64,000 nt of DNA from an uncultured Gammaproteobacteria bacterium (GTDB lineage Bacteria > Patescibacteriota > Microgenomatia > UBA10105 > UBA927), in NCBI GenBank assembly GCA_964573695.1, contig CAZNKB010000004.1:14214-78213 (forward strand). The letters are read 5' to 3'. Of this stretch, positions 47,706 through 55,903 are shown piece by piece. Both the position numbers and the translations under genes were made by a program. The stretch's first letter is position 1, and each line of letters begins with the position of its first letter. Under the pieces are notes generated by a model. The model did not search any database, was not told where the DNA came from, and saw nothing but the letters and a program-made list of their open reading frames with translations.

Positions 47706-49015
47706 AAACTATATACCTCCGGAATTTGCATGATCCAGTTCTGCGCAATAGCATACGTGAGCGCACCCTGATTTGGAATAAGTATTTTATCGCCAATTTG
47801 TATGTCTTGGGCAAAACAAGAATATCCCCAAAGATCTCGTGTGGTGCAAAGTTTGCCGTACAGAGTCATGGGGATGCTGGTGTGTGATGGTCTGGTTAAG
47901 TTTATGACCGGAAAATACTCGTACATATACCTTTGCCATCCGACCATATTAATCCCGCCATCAACGATGCACACGCCGTTGTCTTTTATGTCTACTACCG
48001 TTAGCACGATGTGCATCGCGTTGTTGCATATGATGCGTCCTGGTTCGGCAAAGTATTGTGCTAGTACTAACGGAGCAAGATACGTTCGTATGGCGTTCCC
48101 GATATTTTGGGCATACGCAGTAAGCGGTATGGCATCCCTGACTTTGAAATTGCTCGAAAATCTTCGTTTGACGTCATCGTATGAACTGTCGGAGTGTTCC
48201 GATGCATCGCGCGAAAATTCGTACGGATAGTACCCCTCGGTCTCAAACGCCTCAAATCCGCCTCCGATGTCTATGTATTTGATTTCTTTCCGTTCCGATT
48301 TGGTAAAATGCGTCGAAAGATACGCGGCAAGTTCCTTAATACTGTTTTGGTATGGGGTGGCGTTTTTGTTTCGGGAAGCGTGAAAATGTATGCCTTCGAT
48401 TCTAATCCATGGATATTTTTTTGCTGTTCTCCAGAATGTCGCAAGGTTAGCAATACCGATACCGAATTTTGCCCACTGGGGCATGGCGCTTAAATGGAGA
48501 CGCACGCCAATTCGGACGAGTTTGTTACGTTTTTTGGTAATGCGACCGATTCGCTCGAGTTCCTGAAAACTATCGACGTGTATCCGCACCTTTTTGTTGT
48601 TATTTACGGCCAACTCGATTTCTTCGTCGGTTTTGCCGGGGCTGTAATAAACAATGTCCGTACAACCTAAATGAAGTGATTGAGACAACTCCCAGCCACT
48701 TGCCACATCCAGACCGTAACCCGCCTTGATTGTTTCTCGGATTAGTTTGGGGTACGGATTGATTTTGAACGCGTAATACGGGGAAAAATTCGGTATTGAT
48801 GAGCTCATTGTCGTCTGAAACTCCCTGATGTCGTGAATAAGCGACCGTCTGTCATATAGGTAAAACGGCGTGTTGTGTTTTTTGGTCACTGCCAGCATGG
48901 AAGTTCGTTTTTTCAGTTGGTCAATAACGATATGTACTAACCCGTTCGTATCTGAATGACGCTGCAGGCCAGACGGAGTATGTTTCGCTTTCAGAGTGTG
49001 GGGCGCCTGTCTCAT
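47702..49015 (-). CDS. Fold-type-III PLP-dependent decarboxylase (Orn/DAP/Arg decarboxylase family 2). This is the second copy in the island.
   Basis: TPFYLYDRRSLIHDIREFQ...YAFKINPYPKLIRETIKAGYGLDVASGWELSQSL (YAxKxN PLP-lysine box and DVxSxxEL). Confidence 0.65.
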   Translation of the reverse strand: MRQAPHTLKAKHTPSGLQRHSDTNGLVHIVIDQLKKRTSMLAVTKKHNTPFYLYDRRSLIHDIREFQTTMSSSIPNFSPYYAFKINPYPKLIRETIKAGYGLDVASGWELSQSLHLGCTDIVYYSPGKTDEEIELAVNNNKKVRIHVDSFQELERIGRITKKRNKLVRIGVRLHLSAMPQWAKFGIGIANLATFWRTAKKYPWIRIEGIHFHASRNKNATPYQNSIKELAAYLSTHFTKSERKEIKYIDIGGGFEAFETEGYYPYEFSRDASEHSDSSYDDVKRRFSSNFKVRDAIPLTAYAQNIGNAIRTYLAPLVLAQYFAEPGRIICNNAMHIVLTVVDIKDNGVCIVDGGINMVGWQRYMYEYFPVINLTRPSHTSIPMTLYGKLCTTRDLWGYSCFAQDIQIGDKILIPNQGALTYAIAQNWIMQIPEVYSL

Positions 49016-49767
49016 AATGGGTCGGTGAATTCCTGATTTTTGGCCTGCATAGATTTATAGAATTCATCTACCAGGCGTTTTGAACCGTTGTGTGATACAC
49101 GGCCATGGTCTAACACGATGATCCGGTCGCAATTGTTTTTGACGTAAGAAAGCCAGTGCGTGACGATTAAGATCGTTGTCCCTAGCTTGTAGAATTTTTC
49201 TATGGTTTTGAGCGCCTTGTCTTGAAATTTTTGATCGCCGACATACATGCTTTCATCCAGGATAAGAATATCGGGTTTTGTATGTATCGTTATGGAAAAT
49301 CCCAATTTGAGTTTCATGCCGTCGGAATAAGTAAACACCGGCGCGTCAATAAACCGTCCGATGTCAGCATATTCGGTAATCGCATTTAATTTTGAATCAA
49401 TTTCGCTTTTGCTCATGTTTAGCAGCATGCCGTTAAGATAAATATTTTGAATGCCGCTTAGCTCAGGAAGAAACCCGGCTTCAAGGTTGATAAGAGACAC
49501 CACGCGGCCGTGTGTGGTGACGGATCCTAACGTGGGCGTTGTGATTCCGGAGATGATTTTAAGCAGCGTCGTTTTTCCTGAACCATTGGGTCCGATGATG
49601 CCAACCCGCTCCCCCTTTTTTATCGTCAGGTTGATATCCCGAAGGGCCCAGAATACTTCGTTTTTACCTTTGATGATCGTTTCGACCAGCGTGGGTTTTT
49701 CATGGTGAATTTCGTATTTTTTGCCGATATTATTAAGCGCAATGGCGGTTGACGTGTTTTTTTTCAT
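49012..49767 (-). CDS. ABC transporter ATP-binding protein (TagH/Wzt-like, short)
   Basis: GIIGPNGSGKTTLLKIISG. ABC signature YSDGMKLKLGFS. Walker B motif ILILDES. Confidence 0.8.
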   Translation of the reverse strand: MKKNTSTAIALNNIGKKYEIHHEKPTLVETIIKGKNEVFWALRDINLTIKKGERVGIIGPNGSGKTTLLKIISGITTPTLGSVTTHGRVVSLINLEAGFLPELSGIQNIYLNGMLLNMSKSEIDSKLNAITEYADIGRFIDAPVFTYSDGMKLKLGFSITIHTKPDILILDESMYVGDQKFQDKALKTIEKFYKLGTTILIVTHWLSYVKNNCDRIIVLDHGRVSHNGSKRLVDEFYKSMQAKNQEFTDPL

Positions 49768-50543
49768 ACCCAGTCATCAAAGTTTTTACTTTCTTTCTGA
49801 AACGTGACAATACCGAGCGCCGTAATGATACCAATTGCCGCTATATTGCTTATGAGCATGCCGGGTCCTGGCAAGGCCGCTCCGATAAGCGCATGCTGCA
49901 TGAGTTGAACGATTGAAGTAAGCGGGTTAAGGCGCCACAACCAAAGCAGCTCTCTGGGTATTTGCGAGAGTGAGTAGATAATCGGCGTGGCATAAAACCA
50001 CACGATGAGAATTGCCTGCACAAAAAAGTTGACGTCACGGTATCTCACATTGAGGGCGGTTGTAAGCAAACTGATGCCAATGGTAAAACATGCAAGCATG
50101 GTAAATGCCGCCAGGAAGTAGACGGGAGACAGCAAGGTAAACTCGCCAAGAAATGATACCGGGATAAGAAATAGGAGTAGCGCCACAAAATAGTTTATGA
50201 GATTGGATAAAATGATAGAAACCGGAATGACCGCGCGCGGAAACGCGGCTTTTTTGATAAGTGTACGTTCATTGAGTATCGACGGGGTCGTTTTTGTAAA
50301 TGAAAGGGAAAAAAAATTCCATGTGATAAGGCCGGTAAAGAGATGAAAATAATAATTTTCGACCGGATCTTTGATAAATAATGTGAAAATAAATCCGATA
50401 ACGATCATCTGGATCATCGGATTGATGACAAGCCACAAAAAACCAAACACGGTGTTTTTGTACCGGGCGCGCAGTTCTTTTTCGGTCATTCCCCATAACA
50501 GTTCAAAAAAATGACCAGGGGCTCTGTGTTTCATGCACCACAT
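49764..50543 (-). CDS. ABC-2 type exporter permease (TagG/Wzm-like)
   Basis: Six transmembrane helices. N-terminus MTEKELRARYKNTVFGFLWLVINPMIQM, the ABC-2 conserved N-terminal motif. There is a 4-nt overlap with the ATPase. Confidence 0.7.
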   Translation of the reverse strand: MWCMKHRAPGHFFELLWGMTEKELRARYKNTVFGFLWLVINPMIQMIVIGFIFTLFIKDPVENYYFHLFTGLITWNFFSLSFTKTTPSILNERTLIKKAAFPRAVIPVSIILSNLINYFVALLLFLIPVSFLGEFTLLSPVYFLAAFTMLACFTIGISLLTTALNVRYRDVNFFVQAILIVWFYATPIIYSLSQIPRELLWLWRLNPLTSIVQLMQHALIGAALPGPGMLISNIAAIGIITALGIVTFQKESKNFDDWV

Positions 50544-50669
50544 TATACGATATACGCTTGTCTGCTTCTATGAGATCGACAAGGGGTATGCTGAGAAGAG
50601 CGAAGACGAAATACTTGTGCGGCGGGACGTTTCTCGCATATTATATCTGGTATCCGCCCGCAACTTGTT

Positions 50670-51263
50670 ATGGGAATTATCTATTTGGTACTCACCGGCT
50701 GTTTGTATATCGTTTCCCTTCCTATCCAGGTTATTATCGCTGTCGCAATTTTTTGTAGTTCCGGTTGGCCGGTATTATTTGTGCAGCAGCGGATAGGCAA
50801 AGGTGGTAAGCGATTTATGATGTATAAGTTCCGGACCATGACCAACGGGGCTCATCTCGAGCAAAAAAAGTACTTGAAGATAAATGAGTCGAAAGGCCCG
50901 GTATTTAAGATCCGCAATGACCCGCGGTTTACCAACATCGGAAGGTTTTTGAGTCATACAGGGCTTGACGAACTGCCGCAGCTTTATAATGTCATTCGGG
51001 GCGATATGGCGTTTATCGGCCCCCGCCCGTTGCCCGTTTCCGAGGTGAAAGCACTGGAGCCTTGGATGCGCGTACGGCATACGATTCTGCCCGGCATAAT
51101 ATCCCCCGCCATTCTCACCGGAAAATATCACAAAAATTTTGACTGGTGGATGAAAAGTGATGTCGAATACGCCCAGCAAAAATCGGTACAAGGTGATATT
51201 CGCCTGGTCTTTCACTTTTTGACGTTTATCCTGAGATTGCTATGGAAAGAGTTGTTCCTGTGA
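50670..51263 (+). CDS. Initiating polyprenyl-phosphate phosphoglycosyl transferase (bacterial sugar transferase, PglC/WbaP C-terminal-domain type)
   Basis: WPVLFVQQRIGKGGKRFMMYKFRTMTNGA...GLDELPQLYNVIRGDMAFIGPRP, the hallmark KFRTM and DELPQ motifs. Confidence 0.8.
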   Translation: MGIIYLVLTGCLYIVSLPIQVIIAVAIFCSSGWPVLFVQQRIGKGGKRFMMYKFRTMTNGAHLEQKKYLKINESKGPVFKIRNDPRFTNIGRFLSHTGLDELPQLYNVIRGDMAFIGPRPLPVSEVKALEPWMRVRHTILPGIISPAILTGKYHKNFDWWMKSDVEYAQQKSVQGDIRLVFHFLTFILRLLWKELFL

Positions 51264-51370
51264 GCCTGCCGCTTGACAGAAAGCCGGTGAAACAGCCTAT
51301 ACTATATATAATGTATGAACGTAAGCACATATGCCAATATGCGGACGTAACAGTATAGAGATGTTTATCC

Positions 51371-51393
51371 CCCGGTTTACAACCGGGTTTTTT
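51371..51393 (+). terminator. Rho-independent terminator hairpin (CCCGGTT-TAC-AACCGGG) followed by TTTTTT
   Basis: 7-bp GC-rich stem, 3-nt loop and 6-T run, as seen in the sequence. It lies 108 nt downstream of the sugar transferase gene. Confidence 0.5.
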
Positions 51394-51456
51394 ACAGCTA
51401 TTTGGACTTGACAGAGCTGAATAAAGAATGTTACTATAGGTTAGTATTTTTCACCT

Positions 51457-53640
51457 ATGAGTTTTGAAAGTAACAAGGCACGGTTTAATATCAAGAACGC
51501 TGTCAAGCACGGCGTGATTACCGGTCTTATGGGTTGGGCGGCAATCGAAGGGGTACAGGCGTATCAGCCCAACGCACATCAGGTTTTTGCGGAGCGAGGC
51601 GCTCATACCCAGTTTTACTCCGGTGATGTTGGTTTCGGAACGCATACTGACCGCCCGAACACTATTGATGTGACATATCGCGGAAGATCGGTCGCCGCTA
51701 TCCCCTCCAGTTCATTTGGTCAACCCCAACAAAGCGCAGAGCGCGTCGTCAGACGTGGTGACGGGAGGGCGCATAGGACATCCGACACGAGAAGAACTCA
51801 AGAAACAGCTCAAAACAGTGCCCCCTCGTATGTTCGATTAGAATCCATGCCAAGTTTGGCGGAGGACGTAGTAAATCAAACGACATTGAAAGCGACTCCT
51901 GTTCAGGCACAAATTCCGCCCTGGGTTCCCTTGGTGGTCATGGCGCCGGAAATGATCTATGGCGTTGGAACAACGTTAAACAAAACGCTTATTCATAGCA
52001 GCGCATTACAAAGGCGACTCAATGTGTTCGAAATGAGTTCGTTAGAAGCACGGCTGATTGCAGCTTGCGCGGTACCACTAACGACGATTGCCTCCCCCAC
52101 AGAAAGCCCGGCTCCTATAGCCGTAACGGTGGCTCCTGAAGTAACCGGAACACCGCTCGTAAACGAAGTGTTAACAAGTACTCCGGCACCACGAATAGAA
52201 ACCCTTGTGGCGATAGACGGCTCATATCCTACAAAGGTGTCTCTCGTGGAGTCCCCGAAGGTCTATAGTTACGGAGGACCAGAGGGGCGGGAAAATATGG
52301 ACGAGGTTACGCGCGCGATGTTTGACCGCTATATCGCGGAACTCGCCCGCGAAGGCTTGATCCAAGGATCCAATCCTGAAGCATTGTATCTCGACTTTGA
52401 CAAGAAATTTGATTTTAAGATGTACGTAACTGATCAAATGCTGACCCGGATTATCCAGTATAAATCCGGCGGCGCTTTTTTGGTGCCGGATAACATGGTA
52501 GGTCAGGTGTATCGGGAGCTACAACTTTCGTACAACGATCTGTTTCAGGGAGGGGCTCCTATTGACGTAGGTACAGACAACTTCGGCTTTCGGCAGTTTC
52601 AGGCTGACCGAGTTGGCGGTGTTGGCGCATGGCCTGTGCTTGTGAATGTGGACGAGCAAAGCATACCCGTTTCATGGCTCAATATGGATCGTGGAGGCGC
52701 GGTGACGCCCCTAGAAAGTTCGGTAGCTGTCGTGACTCCTGGCGTAACCCAAGTTCCGCAAGGGGTCGAATCACCCCAGCCTGCTGTCACAGAGCCCGGA
52801 GCGACTCGGGTCGTCACGGAAAACGGGCATGACTATGTCTATACCTACACGAAGCTGGGAGAAACCGAGACTGGCGAAGAACTGTGGGGATACGTGCGGG
52901 AGGCCGGCACGATCATATTATTCGACGGGCCTATAAGAAATTATTTACCATTCCAAATTTTGGTTTCCCAAAATGTCCAAAACGAACGAAATTTCGTTTC
53001 TGTTAATTACACAGATCAAACAGATATTAATAGTCCGAACCCTTGGTTAACCCGCACGCTTAGTCCAGAACTACAAAAGAGGTACTTTGCGGAAGACCCA
53101 AGGAAAGGCACGATGACAGACATGGAAGGATCAAGAGTATTACAAATGGAAATGCTTGGATTAGGAGAAGGTGACCATAAACAAGCTTATTTGGATATCA
53201 TTGTCGCAAACGGTACGCCGGAAGGCGAAGTGAAACGGGTAAAACTGAGCGAAACCACAGGGATTATTCTGACAATCATGACGCCTGAAGATATCGCCAA
53301 GCTCGGAGGTGAGAATGTTATTGAGTTACATGCGCAGGACGGAGACCGTAATTACACGTATTATGTACAGGTATATGACGTGGATGAAAAAGGCAACGAA
53401 CTAGCTAGAGTAGCCTTTAAAGATCCGCTGAACGAAATTCCGGAAGCAGTGTTGCGGAAGGTATTGTTTTCCATACCCGGGAATATGATAGATCACAAAG
53501 ATCAGCGTGAGCAAGGGTTCACCAACGTAGCTCAGATATTTGCGCAATACTCCGCAAAAACAAACGAAACAACGGGTAAGCCGGAAGTTGAGATAGAACT
53601 TTTACCAGATATACCCGTACTTACCACCCCAACTCCGTAG
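51457..53640 (+). CDS. Large hypothetical protein (727 aa). It may be extracytoplasmic, and no catalytic motif was recognised.
   Basis: Long ORF preceded by a TTGACA-N18-TACTAT promoter-like element (51407-51436). Confidence 0.5.
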   Translation: MSFESNKARFNIKNAVKHGVITGLMGWAAIEGVQAYQPNAHQVFAERGAHTQFYSGDVGFGTHTDRPNTIDVTYRGRSVAAIPSSSFGQPQQSAERVVRRGDGRAHRTSDTRRTQETAQNSAPSYVRLESMPSLAEDVVNQTTLKATPVQAQIPPWVPLVVMAPEMIYGVGTTLNKTLIHSSALQRRLNVFEMSSLEARLIAACAVPLTTIASPTESPAPIAVTVAPEVTGTPLVNEVLTSTPAPRIETLVAIDGSYPTKVSLVESPKVYSYGGPEGRENMDEVTRAMFDRYIAELAREGLIQGSNPEALYLDFDKKFDFKMYVTDQMLTRIIQYKSGGAFLVPDNMVGQVYRELQLSYNDLFQGGAPIDVGTDNFGFRQFQADRVGGVGAWPVLVNVDEQSIPVSWLNMDRGGAVTPLESSVAVVTPGVTQVPQGVESPQPAVTEPGATRVVTENGHDYVYTYTKLGETETGEELWGYVREAGTIILFDGPIRNYLPFQILVSQNVQNERNFVSVNYTDQTDINSPNPWLTRTLSPELQKRYFAEDPRKGTMTDMEGSRVLQMEMLGLGEGDHKQAYLDIIVANGTPEGEVKRVKLSETTGIILTIMTPEDIAKLGGENVIELHAQDGDRNYTYYVQVYDVDEKGNELARVAFKDPLNEIPEAVLRKVLFSIPGNMIDHKDQREQGFTNVAQIFAQYSAKTNETTGKPEVEIELLPDIPVLTTPTP

Positions 53641-53694
53641 GTGCTTGTAATTTCCCTTTCACTCCCCTATCCTAACATTAGGGCTATTTATTCT

Positions 53695-54339
53695 ATGAGG
53701 CGCGTGATTATTGTTGTCATCGTTATCATTGTGGTGATCCCTCTTGTGTTTGTTGCCTATAGAAATTGGGATGCTTTACAGGAGGCCGCTTTTAAAGCGA
53801 AATTTCTAACGCGACGAGCTTCCGTACCTAGTCAGAAATATTCTGCCTCAACCAAAACTCCGGAGGCAAGTATCGCGCTCGTCGACACGGCGTTTTTGGA
53901 CTACATTACAGAAACACTGCACGTATATGACGTCGACGCCATTGCCGACCCTGAGCGATATATGGATAAGAAGACAAGCGTTGTTCGTCACACCGTTTCA
54001 CGGCTTACGTTTGAGCTCGTTCCTACGCTTGATCGATATATCGTAGCTCTTGGCGGAAGTGCTGATTTTGCCGGACGCGGCATGTACGCAGTCGAGGGTG
54101 ACACACTTGTAGTCCGGGTATCGCTTAATGAGGCAGAGCTTATAAAAAGCAATGGTCCGGTAAAATTTAATATGGAGGATATGTATCTCGATACTGCACT
54201 TCAAACGCTTCTTTATGCGACTGTTAAACCCGGAGCATCCATACGTCCTGACGAGCTTGCCAAAGTACAAAAAGCAATAAAAGACAATATTACTAGCGGG
54301 ATATTTGTTCGTCCGGTGAAGATAGAAACACAAAAATAA
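53695..54339 (+). CDS. Hypothetical protein with an N-terminal transmembrane anchor
   Basis: The internal start gives MRRVIIVVIVIIVVIPLVFVAY. The ORF-track start at 53641 abuts the upstream stop and is equally possible. Confidence 0.4.
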   Translation: MRRVIIVVIVIIVVIPLVFVAYRNWDALQEAAFKAKFLTRRASVPSQKYSASTKTPEASIALVDTAFLDYITETLHVYDVDAIADPERYMDKKTSVVRHTVSRLTFELVPTLDRYIVALGGSADFAGRGMYAVEGDTLVVRVSLNEAELIKSNGPVKFNMEDMYLDTALQTLLYATVKPGASIRPDELAKVQKAIKDNITSGIFVRPVKIETQK

Positions 54340-54341
54340 CT

Positions 54342-55859
54342 ATGCCACGATTTACCCTTAGGCTTGCTCTCTGTGTCTTCGCGGTGCTGCTTGGAGTTAT
54401 CCTCACCAGGCCGCAGCCGGTGTATGCCAATAGTGTGTGTACGGATAATCCCGTTGCATGCGTCATGATGTGGATTCCCTGGACGCACACGATCGAGTCT
54501 ACGCAGGGTTGCACTACTGATGCGTATGGCATTAGAACATGTCCTACCATACAGGTAACAGACATGGTCGAACGGTGTACTATTCCACAAGCCGGCGGCG
54601 GATCATGCCAGTGTTGTTATGAGACCGGGTGTTATCTGGATTGCGGTAATATTCCTGGTACCGGTGGCGGTGGCGGTGGTAACACAGATCCTCCGCCTGA
54701 TCCTGGCGTGACCCTGACCCCAACTCCCACTCCTGCTCCAGGAACGATCAATATCGTCGCACGTGAGGTGACTAACGACACAACCTGTACTGCTATATCC
54801 AATTCTATAGACCCCGTGGTAGGGACGATATTTGGCTTTACTCCGTCGTCGGCTTCCAGCCCAAGTCCACAGACGCAATTGGACAATACTCCTGTTTCTT
54901 TTACGAATCTACCTATCGGATCATATACGATTACCTATACTCCGCCTGCACCAGAATGGATACTGGCTAACGCGTGTATATATAGAAATGGCGTACTTAC
55001 AGCATACGGACAAAACGCAGACCTTTTTAGCGGAAACACGTTGGAGTGGAGAATAGGGTTTACGAGAGGATCTGCCTGGGTGCAGACTTCGGGAGGAGAC
55101 GTGTATGCAGCGTCCAGCGTCCGCTCGTATATCCCCAATGTCAGCCCGCGAGTATTTAACGCCAATGGTTCAAATGGGTATCCGGGAGTCGTGACGTATG
55201 GCACAAGTTATGATTTTGATCCAGACTGGACACTGACGGGTAGTACATACGTGTCATCGAGTAATTGGATAGTACAGGAAACACAAGCGCCTGTTGATTA
55301 TTATGACTTTTTTTATCGCCGATACGGATCCCCCACTATTCCGACGACAAATTCGGCTTTTGGAAACCTCCTTGCGGTCACGAAGCCTGCAACTAGCGTG
55401 ACGCCCTACTACGTGCTCGGGGATATGACGACAAGCGGAAACTGGATCGTGGGAAGTAATGAATCTATCGTTATTCTTGTGGACGGAAATCTGACCATTG
55501 GTGGAAATATCAATATTACCGGAAACGGGTTCATCGCGTTTATCGTCAATGGGGATATCACCATTTCGGATGCCATAGGGACGACCGTTTCGTCCGTGGC
55601 GCCGGTTGTTGAGGGTGTATACATCACCAACACTACAGGAACATTTGCGACCGGCGCGTCCTTAGCGGCAAGCACCGCAAAATTTGTGGGCAACGGTATG
55701 TTTGTGGCGGGCAACTTTCTGCTCGAGCGCGACCTTGAGATTTCGGGGGGCAACACAACGTATCCTGCAGCGCTTTTTACTTTTGATCCACAACTACTCC
55801 TCACGATGCCCGACTCAATGAAAGACTTGCCAGTCACATGGCAGGAAGTCGCACCGTGA
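54342..55859 (+). CDS. Secreted protein with a signal peptide, a Cys-rich N-terminal region, a Gly/Pro linker and a C-terminal domain with beta-helix-like repeats
   Basis: Signal peptide MPRFTLRLALCVFAVLLGVILT. Linker PGTGGGGGGNTDPPPDPGVTLTPTPTPAPG. Repeat-like strands GNWIVGSNESIVILVDGNLTIGGNINITGNGFIAFIVNGDITISD. Confidence 0.5.
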   Translation: MPRFTLRLALCVFAVLLGVILTRPQPVYANSVCTDNPVACVMMWIPWTHTIESTQGCTTDAYGIRTCPTIQVTDMVERCTIPQAGGGSCQCCYETGCYLDCGNIPGTGGGGGGNTDPPPDPGVTLTPTPTPAPGTINIVAREVTNDTTCTAISNSIDPVVGTIFGFTPSSASSPSPQTQLDNTPVSFTNLPIGSYTITYTPPAPEWILANACIYRNGVLTAYGQNADLFSGNTLEWRIGFTRGSAWVQTSGGDVYAASSVRSYIPNVSPRVFNANGSNGYPGVVTYGTSYDFDPDWTLTGSTYVSSSNWIVQETQAPVDYYDFFYRRYGSPTIPTTNSAFGNLLAVTKPATSVTPYYVLGDMTTSGNWIVGSNESIVILVDGNLTIGGNINITGNGFIAFIVNGDITISDAIGTTVSSVAPVVEGVYITNTTGTFATGASLAASTAKFVGNGMFVAGNFLLERDLEISGGNTTYPAALFTFDPQLLLTMPDSMKDLPVTWQEVAP

Positions 55860-55903
55860 TCCTTTATACGAGTTAAATCCCTAATTTTGGTACAATAAGG
55901 GTC

